Of a stretch of DNA of 50,203 bases, positions 1-12,700 are shown piece after piece (positions within the stretch are counted from its first letter, which is position 1; the number at the start of each line of letters is the position of its first letter). Origin of the DNA: Halocafeteria seosinensis. Lineage: Eukaryota. The notes under the pieces are model-generated. The model saw only the letters and a list, made by a program, of their open reading frames with translations. It was not told where the DNA came from and ran no database searches. A program made the translations under genes and the position numbers. The stretch is from assembly GCA_001687465.1 (NCBI GenBank), contig LVLI01000612.1, positions 1-50,203 of the forward strand. Direction: 5' to 3'.

Positions 1-323
1 TTCCAATCGTCGCCGTGTCTCTGCTTCATTAATGTTGGTAGTTAGGGTATTTCGCCTTTCAATGCTCGCTTGACTGGTTGGCATCCACGCTTGGTAGCCG
101 AAAAAAGCGACCCTGTTTCACTCTCAGCTAGACTGCACCAAGTGCATCGTCTGAACCCTTAAATGGGCCACTGAAGCATCTCCATACGTCTGACTTTCGC
201 ATCCTATTGGCAGATACTCGGAACTGGTACTGATATATCTTCTGCGGATGCTTGTATATCGTTCCACGGGGCTATATCCTGCAATTTCCAAGTCTGATAT
301 TTGGCATTTGAGTTTTGCCAATT

Positions 324-408
324 GGGCACACCCTCGACCCCCGTGCCCGTGTGCCGCGCCGCGGCGCGGCACAGGGGGGGTCGTGCCTCGTGCCGGCACG
401 GTGTGCCC
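324..408. repeat. Nested GC-rich palindrome / hairpin cluster
   Basis: Perfect 24-bp palindrome TGTGCCGCGCCGCGGCGCGGCACA at 350-373, flanked by CGACCCCC...GGGGGTCG. Second palindrome CGTGCCGGCACG at 389-400. Outer arms GGGCACACC (324)...GGTGTGCCC (408). Confidence 0.85.
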
Positions 409-863
409 CAACACTGGTCTGGAACCACTGTATCTCGAACATTTGATTGTCGTGTTGTGGCAACATTTGACAATGGTGCTGATGGTGCGGAGGCTCGCAG
501 CGAACTAGAAGTAAATCACAATCGCACAGAGAGGATAAGACGGGATTGATAGATGGTACTACTCAATCATGGTTTAAATTTGTGTAAGATCTTCAACGGA
601 AAAGTTTGCTTAGCTCCCTGCACTACTGGTAGGGACACTCGAGAAGGACAACCGCCAAGAGTATCCAATATCTAGGATATCTGTGGCAATGGCAGGAGTG
701 TCTACTTGTTGGTGTGTTTTGAATATTCTGATAATATATTGGTATATTATTGAATTATCCAGTCTAGTACCTAGACTTCACCACCTCAACGCTATTTTTA
801 AGAGTAATAGATAAATGATTGTAAAAAGTTAGTGTAACAGTTTACAGTACACACACACATATC

Positions 864-1197
864 CACACACATGTGACAGATAGCCCACCGGCCGGGAAGT
901 TGACCGCATCCTCTTAACGAGGAGCGGTATGCGCCCGTGTTAAGCAGCGACGGGCCCGCTGTTTACAGTATTATAAAAAGAGATTCAAAAGCTAGCGTGG
1001 AGCGTGAAGTATTGGGATAGCCTTGTGGGCGCAGGCATGGCTCCTCCCCCGATGCCTCCTGAGCTTAACCAGTGCTGTGTTCCCCCACGGCGCATGTCAG
1101 CAAGGCTGCAGGAACAGCGGGCCCGTCGCTGCTTAACACGGGCGCTTACCGCTCCTCGTTAAGAGGGGTGGGCTATCTGTCACATTTGTGTGTGTGT
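864..1197. mobile_element. MITE-like element with long terminal inverted repeats
   Basis: 871-889 and 910-963 are the reverse complement of 1167-1185 and 1113-1166, with one mismatch and a 20-nt insert in the left arm. CA/TG microsatellite lies at both ends. The ~150-nt interior is non-coding. No clear target-site duplication. Confidence 0.6.
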
Positions 1198-2579
1198 TTT
1201 GAAAAACCCTATTGTATAGTGTACCACAGAAAAGGCTTTCAGAACGAACGAAACAACGCACCTCTTCACATCGAACTGCAAAAAACAATACCAATAGACG
1301 TCATAAACTGGCATGAATTATTAAACCAAGATCCAGTCTGGTGCGACCGCGGCTCCCCTTAAGAACTTTTTTAGTTTGGGACTTTGGCTTCCATGTGCAT
1401 GTGCCAGTACCACTTGCTAAGCGCTGTTGCAGTCGACGCATAGTAATGTTACGTACCTAGGGATGAGTTCAGTTTGAAGAGTATGATATGTTGCAGGGTG
1501 TAGATTAAAGTTGCTGATTGGAGGAATTAACTGTTTGACACAGTGTATGAGTAGATGGACAGACGGGAGTTTTTACTGAAACTTTTCAGGCTTCCGTAGC
1601 TTTCCGTCCGGCGTACTTATTTGCGCGACATTGCAGCTCTGAAAAGCATCAAAGAGGCGCTCGAGCACATGACGGATGATTTGGATGAGGTTTCTTTCGA
1701 AATTGGGACGTGTACTAACCAATATAGATGTTGCGACAAGTTATCGCCACTAGTCGAAGACGTACGCAACCTGGCGACACGGCTGGCTTCTGCAATGAGA
1801 GGAGCCACCACGTCTCAAGGCGGGCGATTTCACTTGAATGCTTTTCACCCCTGGGTGCGGTGCATAAAAGGCAGAGATCTGCCGAGCGATCAACTTGCCG
1901 CCTTCAAGGCACAGAGTACTGTAGAACTGTTGGTCCCAGTGTGAAACGACCACGGTTCCGTCCGGTAGCCATAATTCACGTTGCCCGGCCATGTGTGGCC
2001 CAACGGCGCGTCTGGGCGACTACCAACAAGAGAAGGAATGTGTTGGATTGAAAAACCATGGAAAATGATGCAATATTGATTATACGATTTCGGAGTTCCT
2101 CGGAACATTGGCCTTTTCCAATCTTCAACTTGTTTGCGGTTTACGCCGCATAGATGCGTGCATGACATACTACGGCCCGAACTAGACTCTCAAGACTCGG
2201 ATATATCAATACCGGTTTGTCCCGTTCGAAAAAAGAGCCTAAATCAATAGCGAGCAAGGATGAAACCCCGCCGATTTGCCGCCTCGACGCTGATTCAGCA
2301 CTATGTACGCACGTACCACGCATTGAGCGCCCACTACCAAATGTGCCGTACCGGCATCCATAACTAAAATGTAGGCTCTGTGTGTTTGCACTGTATCGGC
2401 AACATATTTGTAGGATCCCGTGGAGTGGAATCGTGCGACCTGGGAGACGTTTAATGTCCGACATTACACTGTACCGTCCCACCGTGATATAAGTGCATAG
2501 ACAAGTGTCCGGAATATAAAACACTACATCTTTGAAATTTGCTTTTGTTTGTTGGGTCCCACTATTTAGTATCATTGTC

Positions 2580-3805
2580 ATGGCGACCGTAGTGTCCGCC
2601 GGCGGCAAGGCATCCTTAGCAGCTGCATTAGGAGCTGATAACAATGGCTCCACGGCAGGAGGCCGTGTTACAGTGTGCCCTGGTCATTCACGGCCTATTC
2701 GACAAGTTCAGTTCAGTGAATTCACACCCGATGGACTCTTCTTCATCAGTGCTTCACTAGGTAAGCTCGGCTCCGAATGAGGTGAGGTGAGCTTTGGGGA
2801 TCCGAACTCCTTGGGATTCTTTGCTGCAGATAAACTGCCTATGCTACGCGATGGAGCTACTGGAGACTGGTATGTGGACCTCAATGGTTGGTGCGCATGT
2901 TAGTATTCACCCGGGCGTGTTTATGGTCTCAGGATAGGGACATTTCAAGGCCATAAAGGGGCTGTCTGGTCGGCTTCTTTGAACAGTCAAGCCACCAGAG
3001 CTGCTACAGGATCCGCCGATTTCTCAGCTAAAGTATGGAATGCAACCAATGGAGAAGAGCTTCATCATTTTGAGCACTCGCATATTGTCAAATCAGTCCA
3101 ACTCTCGGAGGTAAGTCACTTGCGTTTGTGTTGCTCAGAGCCTGCCTTGTCACCCAAAATGTCCTTTGGCGGATACTGGATGTCCAGGATGGCTCAAAGC
3201 TAGCAACATGTTGCAACGATAAGAAAATACGAGTGTTTGACTTGAATAATCCTGACAAAGAGCCACTGATACTATCTCCCAATGGTAAACCTACCGTTTG
3301 TCGTTGGCTGGATGGCCATCAAAATGCTACAGAAGTCGAGCCCCATACATTGTTAACAGGATCAAGCGACGGTGTGCTGCGACAGTGGAATCTAAAGAAA
3401 AGTGTAGAAACTCCTGAGCGTATATATAATACTGAAGGGGAAATTGAAGACATAGAAGTCTGCCATCAGTTTGGGCTCTTATCGGTGGCCTCAGGTAACT
3501 CAGTGCAATTCATCTCTATAAGTGATTTGTCCCTGGTTAAAAGCTGCAACCTGGAAAATAAAGTTGAGAGTGTATCCCTTCATCCGAAGAAAAAGGACAC
3601 GTTTGTCGTGGGAGGAACGGATCTGTGGGTGCACGTGTACGATTACGATACATGTAAGGAAGTGGCAACTCTAAAAGGGCATCATGGTCCAGTGCACACA
3701 ATCAGATATTCGAGGGATGGCGGGGTATATTGCTCTGGCAGCGAGGACGGAACCATCCGCATGTGGCCACACACACGTCAGTTTGTCGTCGGAGAGGACG
3801 CATAG
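2580..3805 (+). CDS. STRAP: Serine-threonine kinase receptor-associated protein (STRAP/UNRIP), WD40 repeat; 4 exons (2580-2760, 2830-2869, 2933-3110, 3188-3805)
   Basis: Spliced product reads [82 protein letters not shown], the STRAP signature. GT-AG introns keep the frame. Confidence 0.93.
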
Positions 3806-3933
3806 ACATATAGTCGTTAGTCTCTTGCAAACACTCATATAGTAATGAGGCGTACTCTACTCCCGAGAATACAACAGCGGCAGCGTCCCACCCAAGGCCT
3901 TTTATAGAATATAGCTGCAAACAACACGCAAAC

Positions 3934-5289
3934 TTAAAGTTTTGGAAACTGCGGTGTCTGTTTTGTCATGGATGCCTCCGCGGCTTTCATGATATCTGAT
4001 GTTTGTAGCATTGCACCATTCCAGACAGCCTGTATTCCAGTAGTTCGCAGTATCCAGAAGAAAGCAGCAGACGACCATTCGACCACTCACCTGATGATCC
4101 AAACTTTCCTGAACAGTATTATCGCGGGCGTAGTTCAGATGGTATTTGGTTCCTTGCACTGCTAATGGACTCAAGCCAGAAATCTGCTGGGCTGTTTCAA
4201 GTGCTTGCTTGGCAAGGGCACTTTCATCTGGCGCCACATGGCTGACTAGTCCAAACTTGTGAGCTTCATCGGCTGCCATATTGCGAGCCGTGAAGGCTAG
4301 CTCGCGAGCCAGGGAATCATTGCCCACAATGCGCGGGAGCCTCTGGAGCGTACCAACATCTGCGGCCATCCCGATTGCAGCCTCCTGCGAAACGCAGGTA
4401 ATTCTGGTTGCATGAGTAATTGACACGGACAGGAAATAACGACCACCGTACCTTAATACAGAAATATGCATCCGTCGTACAGTATCGTATGTCAGCACTG
4501 CAGATAAGGTCAACCCCACCTCCAATGCATGCTCCATGAACCGCCGCAATAACTGGTTTGCTACACTGCAGAAAAAATTGTTGTCGCGAGGATCATGGCA
4601 ACATTGTAATAACTGGGATCAATGCCTAACACGCTTACCTCATTCACAGCTGTGAATGCAGCCTGATAGTTCCGGGTGAAATCTCGAATACGCAAGGCTG
4701 AACGAGCAGTATCTTGATTCTCCCCTTGGGTGCTCGTGAAAACGTCCACATGGTCCTCGAGATCCAAACCTGAGACCAATACCCATCGAATCAGAGCCCG
4801 AATTCAGACAATGAATGTGGTGATAACACTGTGTGAGAGCTGCTTACCCGCTGTAAAGCTTTTTCCAGCTCCTTTAAGGATAACGCAGCGAATATCGTTG
4901 TCGTAATCACTTCCGATGGCGTTGAATAGCTCCCTGGTTTCCTGCCAGAACTTCTTGTTCATAGCATTGAGCTTCTTGGGGCGATTTATTTCGACTTGGA
5001 GAACATGATTATCAGCCCATGTAACTGCATACGTCTCTAGAGAGGCAATTACCTCACCTAAAGCACCTTGAAGCGGTTCCGTCATCCTGGCTTCAGTCGA
5101 GAATTGCTGCTTTGTTAGCGTTCCTGCTGAGCTGATCGGGGGAATATCGTGTCCAATACGGTAGGAGGAAGATGTCAGACCAAGTGATAGAGTCGTAATG
5201 CCTCTTAAATGAGCTGTACAAGAGGTTTTGTGGGTACGGAGGATCTTTCGCCCGAGGCCTCTTACACCACTACAAGTTGATTGAAGCAT
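3934..5289 (-). CDS. ECH1: Delta(3,5)-Delta(2,4)-dienoyl-CoA isomerase (crotonase family), about 5 exons
   Basis: Motifs VEINRPKKLNAMN, GAGKSFTAGLDL, IGMAADVGTLQRLPRIVGNDSLARELAFTAR, SPLAVQGTK, WNGAMLQTSD. C-terminus PQFPKL*. Confidence 0.9.
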
Positions 5290-5577
5290 TTCCTTTTCTT
5301 CTTCTTGGAGTCCACGACGAAAATACGAATCAGCACGCGCTCATATACAAACTAGTACAATGATTCAGCGGTCAATTGCGCTTATACAGAGGGGCGTTGT
5401 ACCATAGTGGATCGAGCCAACTTCACAAAAACTTCAACATGCAATATGGACAGGGTACACGATATACAGGTGCTCCCCATGAGAAATTGCTCTTTGAATG
5501 TATTGAATGGTGTCTGATAGTTCGATTTTGGAGTGGGCTTGCAACTGGACGTGAACAGAGAATTCGGAGAAGCAAAA

Positions 5578-6293
5578 ATGCGGCGCGTGCAGTCTCTAGC
5601 CGTCATCAGGCGATGTTCGGCTTTATCACCCTCTATAAGAGGTTCTCTGTCCATGTTGGGGGGTTTCATCCCATCGCAGTTTACCACAATCCTTGGCCGG
5701 AAACCTGAGGTACAGGGGATAGCTGCTTTCCATACCACACCACGGAGCTTCGCTGAGAACGAATCATCAAACGATGAGGATGATGATGTTCCCACGATGA
5801 ATACGGAGGAATTGAAACAACTTCTTGATACCAAACCTGATAGTTTTACTTTCATTGACGTGCGATCAGACGAGGAGATCTTCGAGACGGGACCTTTCTT
5901 TAAAGAGGCCAAACAGATTCCAGTGGAGGAAGTGCCACGCGCATTCGAAGAACTAGAGGATGATGACTTTTTCGACGAGTGAGTCGTTGTTGGAAAGATT
6001 CTGCTAAGCAATTCTTCAAGTGGAGTGGTTTAATCATCTTTTTGCAGATATGGCTTTGACAAGCCTTCCAAAGACGACCACGTCGTGTTCAGTTGTCGAG
6101 CGGGCGTACGAAGCCATACAGCTGCTAAAGTAGCGAAACAGAATGGTTATCAAAAGTAAGTATGGAATCCTTTTGTGGCAAGTTCTACAGTCTCATCCAG
6201 TTTCAAGAGCTAACCATTTTTTCTCGTTTCAATGTTTGCAGCGCTACGAACTACGTGGACGGAGCAGCTGGATGGTTTAATCTCCCTACTTGA
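5578..6293 (+). CDS. Single-domain rhodanese / thiosulfate sulfurtransferase (TSTD3/RDL-like) with probable mitochondrial presequence; 3 exons (5578-5978, 6048-6155, 6242-6293)
   Basis: FIDVRSDEE, YGFDKPSKDDHVVFSCRAGVRS (active-site Cys loop) and NYVDGAAGW. Arg/Ser-rich N-terminus. Confidence 0.85.
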
Positions 6294-6898
6294 ACTTCCT
6301 AGCGGACTAGATGGGTTATAGACCTGCTACTACTAACCGTGTTAAGCCTGTAGTTAAGAGAGAAGCTTGCGTGTCGGTTCGTTGACAGGAATTAAATTGT
6401 ACTCTAATTTTCAAACTTTGTTGTTTTCTCTTGCTGAAGCGAGGGAATGCCAACTCTTTCTTGTCGTACCGATATTGTGGAATAGGGTTAACTAGCGGAC
6501 CAGTAGTGGTGGTAACTTAACAGTGTTATGTTAATTCTCATTTTACACGGGGCTCACAACCTCAAAAACTCTGCACTGGGCTAATTCCTCAATCCCGCGG
6601 GGAGAAGCATTGGTTGCTCAATATTAAAATGTTTTGCTAAGCAAAGGTTTCCAGATATGACTCTTCCAACTCGACAGGCCTATCAGCTATCACCACCGCC
6701 ATGTGCTGACTACTGTGTGACTGCTTTGCTTCGCGAAGATTGTAAGAGAAAACGACAATCATTTCGTCTACTTGGATCGGGGTCATTCAGGTAGATGCAG
6801 TAGCCTCATTTACCGGTCTTTTGAGGATTGAATAACATGATATTAAAAAAATGAAGGAGCATGCGGTGTAGGTAGATTGTGGTAGACAGGGCGAAAAT

Positions 6899-9242
6899 AT
6901 GGCAGAGAGTGAGTTTGAGCGAAGGACCCAGAGTCTCCAGGTAAGGATATTGGCCCCTTGTTTAGCCATTATGCACGATATACGTCCCTCTATGGCGATT
7001 CCAATGGACGCAGACTCAACTAGAAGAGCAGATTCCCAGTAATGTGGAGGACTTGAAAGCTGAGAAAACGAAAAAGAGCCTGATTGAGACAATCAAAGCC
7101 TCATGTAGGTGGGAATTATGAGCATACTTGGGCCTTTATGAAGCTATACACGACGTTTTCGTGTTCCTCAGTGGGCGAGAAACAAGATTCCGCCGCGGGC
7201 GCTGAAGAGGATAGGGTGGTTGAACAGGCACTACGGCGATCACTGGCGAAATGGTATCCTCTCCCGGCCTCCGAATCGGAGGATACAGCGTCCAAACAGA
7301 AGACATCCCGTGGACGAAAGAAAAGGCAGCAGCAACAAGAGGAGAATCATCATGATGATAATAAGACGATACCCTTTGGTCTGCATGCTACGGAGCTACT
7401 ATTGGACGTGGCCATTGAATGCACCCAGCAGGAACTTATACAACCGGCGATGCCGTTCTTGCTGCTAGAGGTAAGAGTTACCGCTTGCGTGTGGATTATT
7501 CAACGGTGCAATCATTTGACTGTTTGCTCGGCAACAGGATGCCGTCAAAACGTCCAGCATTACATATTGTAGCGAATTGTGGGAATACTTGGAACGGCGC
7601 AGAGATCTCCTGACGTCCAGTGTGTATTTGCCACCTGGCAAGAATCCGCCAGCAAAATTAGCTTTGTTGAGAACAGCCAACGACCTTCTTCGTCGTCTGT
7701 CTCAGGAACGGGATTCTGTATTTAGTGGACGAGTAATGATGTTTTTGGTTTACGGTTTACCGTTGTCGGAACCCTCAGGGGTGAATAAGGCTGGTCAATT
7801 CAATAGCGGGGTCGCGAATGCCTACAAAGTGGATGAAAAGAATACGCCCTCTCGTAAAGTCAAAAGCGAAAGGGACACGAACATGGACAACGGTGATAAA
7901 AATGCGGAGGATGCTATGGACCGTACTGTCGATCGAGACCTGTATAAAGCATTCTGGGATCTGCAATTCACACTAGCGTACCCACTGAAGGCTATACAAT
8001 CCACTCAGGAATGGAACACCTTCATTGAGAACACTAAGTTAATAATGACGACCTTTGAATCTCAGGCAGCAGATGCAGACCAGCTGGAGGATGATAAGAA
8101 TGTAAGAATGCTTATGCCCGTATAACAACCCCTCCCCGGCTGTACAAATGCTGAAGCGATCTCTTTTGATGTTTGTATCTGCAGGATTTATATTACTCAG
8201 TTAAATATCTAACTAGCCCAAAGCTATTTAATATCCAACTGAACGATACGTCACTACGACGACAAGTGCTGACACAAATTCTTATTGCGATTCGGTTTTT
8301 GTACGATCCTAGGATAAAGCACGAAGCGGTCTCGTTCCCATCTGGTATTGAGTCACAGGTACGTAGCTATTCTTTTCTTCCCTCCTTTGTAAGTTGATGA
8401 TCACATTGGTGCATTAACTTATGCAGAGTGAGCTCAAAGATCTTGAGAAACGAACTGTGGATCTGCTACGTGCAACATCACCCAATGGCAATAACTTCGC
8501 TTCGGCTATTCTACGCCTTATGGAGCGCGAGCAATTCTGGAAGCAATGGAAAGCTGACGGCTGCAAGCCTTTTGAAAAGAAAATCCCGGACGAAGAATAT
8601 ACGAAGTTTGATACATCAGCCCCCTCGAATAACCGACAGAATACGCAACCTGAGCAAGCTTCCGGTCCCATAGGGTTAGGAGAGAAGAAGCCCTCTGGTC
8701 CTATAGAATGGTCGGTGGGGAGTACTCTCAGCCGAGATCTAACACAGAGCTGTAAGGATTTTGTTGAAACCAGCACTCCGTCGCTCGACAAATTCACCAG
8801 TACAATCAAGGACATCGCCGATCCTAATGACCCATTCTCGACTGAAGCCGAAAAAGCAGAAGAGATTGACAGTCTTAGAAAAGACAAAAGGTTCCTGTGG
8901 CGGGGAACCCGTTTGATGTCGGAGGAAAACTTGTCGTCGATAGAGAAAATCACCCAAAAGAATTTTGTGGACCTAGTTGCGGATGTATATGATATTAAAC
9001 TGCCTCAGAAGCCCCAGGAGACAACAGCCAGTGTAAGTGATACTGCTGCTACGGAATCAACGCACACAAGTGGGGCCGCCGAAGATACGAAAAACACAAA
9101 TTCAGAGGGACAAACGAACACAGAGCCCGGGGCTCCCGAACAACCTCGGGAAGCAGAGCAGTCGGAAACCTCCGGTGTTAAACGGAACCGAAGCGAAGAG
9201 ATTGAAGATAGCCAACCGAAGAAGCAGCCTCGTGGTGAATGA
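6899..9242 (+). CDS. THOC1: THO complex subunit 1 (Hpr1), about 6 exons
   Basis: LLRTANDLLRRLSQERDSVFSGRVMMFL..PLSEPSGVN..GQFN, YKAFWDLQ, KYLTSPKLFNIQLND..LRRQVLTQ, REQFWKQWKADGC. The 5' exons 6899-6940 and 7014-7104 join in frame through GT-AG introns. Confidence 0.9.
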
Positions 9243-9737
9243 AGTTAATCGCTTGCGAGCCAACAAGAGAATATCTGTGGCAACTATGAGACATTTTTGG
9301 CTTCAGTTTCCATTATGAACGTTATGTAGGTAGGAAATACCTACTAGGTTACTAGCATGCTTGCTCCCGTACTCATAGCACAACGGTGTTTGCAAGCGAA
9401 TACTCTTCCCAATAAAACTTATGTCAGTACCAGACATGTTGTCTTGTGACATAAATCAACACTGCTCTATCTGCCACTATCCACTACATGTAGTCTGAAC
9501 CAGTTTCACGCCGACGTCATTGTGGCTACAACGCCAGTGCTACATGGGTGACTGCATTTCGACTTAATGATTTGCGATGCATTGACGTTCAGTGCAGTGG
9601 CAACGGGATGTTTGCCAACCACGGACAGTCTGTTCGCGTTGGCTTTTCTTCTCTGGCTCGATGTCGTATCGTAGCCCAACTACTTTGAAGAATCGTTGCG
9701 CTAACAACCCAGATCTCGACTGCGACACACCATAACG

Positions 9738-10169
9738 TTAGCCTCCTACTCGATCTCGTGGTATCATCCGTAAACTGGAGCCGTGTTTTAAGAAGACCGT
9801 TCCCGCATTTTCGTTCACATCCACACCGATTCCTGCTCCGAGCGGAAAGTATGGTCCGTTGGACCTTGTTCACGACAAACTTGTAGTATACTAGCTTAAA
9901 AGACGTACCATCTTCGCTTATAATTGCACTCGTAGAGGCATTTTGCTTGAATTCCGAGGCCGCGAATTTCACCACAGCCGAGAATGGGGCATTTTCCGGG
10001 ACGCTCATTCTGCACACAGATTTCAATTCAAAAAACAAGTAAAAAAAATAAAATAAATACACTTTTCTGTCTGTATAGATTCATCCACATACACTTTATA
10101 AGGCAATTTGGGGTCCGAAGCCAACGTGATGCGAAATTGGACTTTTCCTCCGCTATCTCCTTCGCTCAT
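9738..10169 (-). CDS. UFM1: Ubiquitin-fold modifier 1; 3 exons (10169-10093, 10009-9909, 9832-9738)
   Basis: Spliced product [79 protein letters not shown]. Confidence 0.95.
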
Positions 10170-10405
10170 TGTACCCTATCGATTCGCATGCACTCCACTT
10201 GTATATCCTTTCTACCTGTTCCTTTCATGCATATAGCAGCATTCATTACCAAGGTGAATGAACTCAATAAATCAAGGCAATCTTGAACAATGAGACAATC
10301 TTTTCGTTCAGTTGAGTTTTTCAGTAAACCTGTTCCATTATGCCTTGATATCCTTGGTGTTGTGCCCTCCTAGTCGATAGAGAATACACTATAGACATTA
10401 TTAAA

Positions 10406-11916
10406 ATGGAAGAGAGGGGAAGAAACGGCAGTAGTAGCCGTCACAGGCGTCATGAAGACGCCGAAGACAGGGAGGAACGCGGCTCGAGTCGGCGTCGAAG
10501 TGGTTCTCATCGTCATTCATCGAGGTCCAGAGACCGCGATAGAGATAGAGACCGTCACAGTCGAAGGAGCCATAGGAGCCGCAGTCGAGACGGCCGCGAT
10601 CGGGACCGGAGATCGTCTCGACGGCGCGATGAAGACGACGACAGACGCCGTCGAGGAAGCCATCATCGCCATCGAGACCGTGATTATGGCGATAAAGAGC
10701 GTCGAAATAGGGGTTATGAAGACTCTAGATCAGCTGGGGAGAAGAAGAAAGAAGATGAGATGATGGAGATCACGCGGGATGCACGAACTGTGTTTGTGGG
10801 CCAATTGGTCTCCCGCGCCAAGGAACGCGATATACGCGAGTTTTTTGAAGCATTAGGTCCTGTGAATGATGTACAGCTGATACGCGATAGAGTGACGCAA
10901 AGATCTCGTGGGATGGGGTATGTGGAATTTGCGGACCTGGATACGGTCCCCAAGGCTATCCAGATGAATGGAGAGAAATTCATGGGATATCCGATCTTGG
11001 TCAAACAAAGTGAGGCTGAGAAAAACTATGCCTTTGAAGCTGAAAATGAAGGGGGGACTGTCTTTAGTGATAATGCAAACAAGCGAGTGTATATTGGTAA
11101 TCTTCATACGGATGTCAACGAGGATGACCTTAAACAGATATTTGAAAATTTGGGCGGTGTAGAAAAAGTACAACTTATGCGAGATGCCAAGGGAAACAGC
11201 AAAGGATACGGCTTTATTGTATTCAGGGAACAAATGGCAGTATCCGCCGCTTTATCAAGGTACGAGGAATTCTCTCTTTGCTTTTCTCGACAACGCTGAA
11301 AAATAGTTTGTTTGGGTTTTTTTTGGGGTGCAGCATGAATGGTATCGATTTAGCCGGACAGCAGCTCCGAGTGGGTGTCATTACTCAATCAGGTGATATT
11401 CAGGACGCTGAAGGGAATCAGTGGTCCCTTGAAGACCCTAATAAAGCTTCCTTGTCAGCGCAAGCTAGGGCTGCTTTGATTGCCAACCTCAGCGCAGCAA
11501 CGAATCAAGCAGCAGCGCAGCTGAACGTAACCTTACAACAGGCAAAGCAGTCATTGGCTAATGAACCGCAGCGGGCAAAAGCTGGTGTGCCGGAAGAGGG
11601 ACCTGGTCCTCACGGGGAACCGTCTAGGTTCTTATTGTTATCGAATATGGTGGATCCTGAAGAGCAGCACGAGCCGTACTGGGACATGGTAGTGCTGGAT
11701 GATGTTGACGAAGAATGTTCGAAATACGGAACTGTGATCTCTGTTCGTGTTGACCCTAAAGACCCTGCAGGATGTGTATATGTTGAATTCGATAAGAAGC
11801 AGGAGAGCGAAGAAGCTGCCAAGTCGCTCGCTGGACGGTACTACGCTGGGCGTACTATTGTAGCGCAGTTCCTTTCTGAACGCATCTTTGATCAGCGGAA
11901 ACCGCCTCGGCCATGA
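10406..11916 (+). CDS. RBM39: RNA-binding splicing factor RBM39/CAPER family (RS domain, 2 RRM, C-terminal UHM); intron 11260-11333
   Basis: RD/RS-rich N-terminus. RDARTVFVGQL..RSRGMGYVEF..PILVKQSEAEKN. VYIGNLH..SKGYGFI. LLLSNM.DP..DVDEECSKYG..GCVYVEF..LAGRYYAGR. Confidence 0.92.
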
Positions 11917-12700
11917 AGCTGCGTTAGGTACATTTCGAAATATGTGCCAGTGTACGAACTGGTCTTTGAGAAGCATTGGATCTATGGTCTTTTCTAGTAG
12001 ATTTTTGCCAATGCCCAGTATACTTCCATCGTAGTTGCTGTCAGTAGTGGGTAGCAGAGTATTGGCAACGTGAGTGGAGAGTGCCGGTATATGAAACCGA
12101 AAACACAATAAACAGGGCTGTATATTTTCAGAATTTATGCGTCCCTTGCTCTTTATATCCTTGAAATATTAACACCGTGTTGTTTACTGCTTCGCAAATA
12201 GCAGCTTCAAATGTCGGTTGAAGCAGGTCGGATACGTCCCGCAGCACGTGGAAGGGGGCTCAACCGCAAGATCCGACAATGCCGCATAGCCCGTCTGACG
12301 GAACACTACGTGTTTTTGCTAGCAAAACTTTGGCCTGAAAACAAGTGCATGTTCCTCGCGTTGATCAGCACCGCGGTAACTCCAAGTTCGGATTTCGAAG
12401 TGCGATCCTTCTACTCCGACGCGCGACCTGTCCCGTACAAGGACAAGAGCATCTCAGAACCTGTCTGACAGGCTATCAGGAGGTGTTTCATGAGAAGGAT
12501 TATCTACATAAACTACGAACACACTTCTTTGAAAGGAAGGAATTATTGGAAGATATTGACCTGTCTGGGCGGTGTGGGCTGCCTTTCGCTGTACCGGTAG
12601 CGGTCAGCGAGTTTGGGAAGAAATCGCCGAGCGACGGCGCCGAGTTATTCAGTGACCAATCACGTTAACACTGAGGTTTTCTTCGAGGATGATACCGTTC

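Noticed and set aside
1621..2140. 107-aa ORF and adjoining sequence with a somewhat protein-like composition
   Set aside because: No recognisable motif, clear start or splice structure. It could be a gene remnant, but this cannot be supported.
5382..6011. 209-aa minus-strand Ser-rich ORF
   Set aside because: Antisense shadow of the acidic rhodanese exon.
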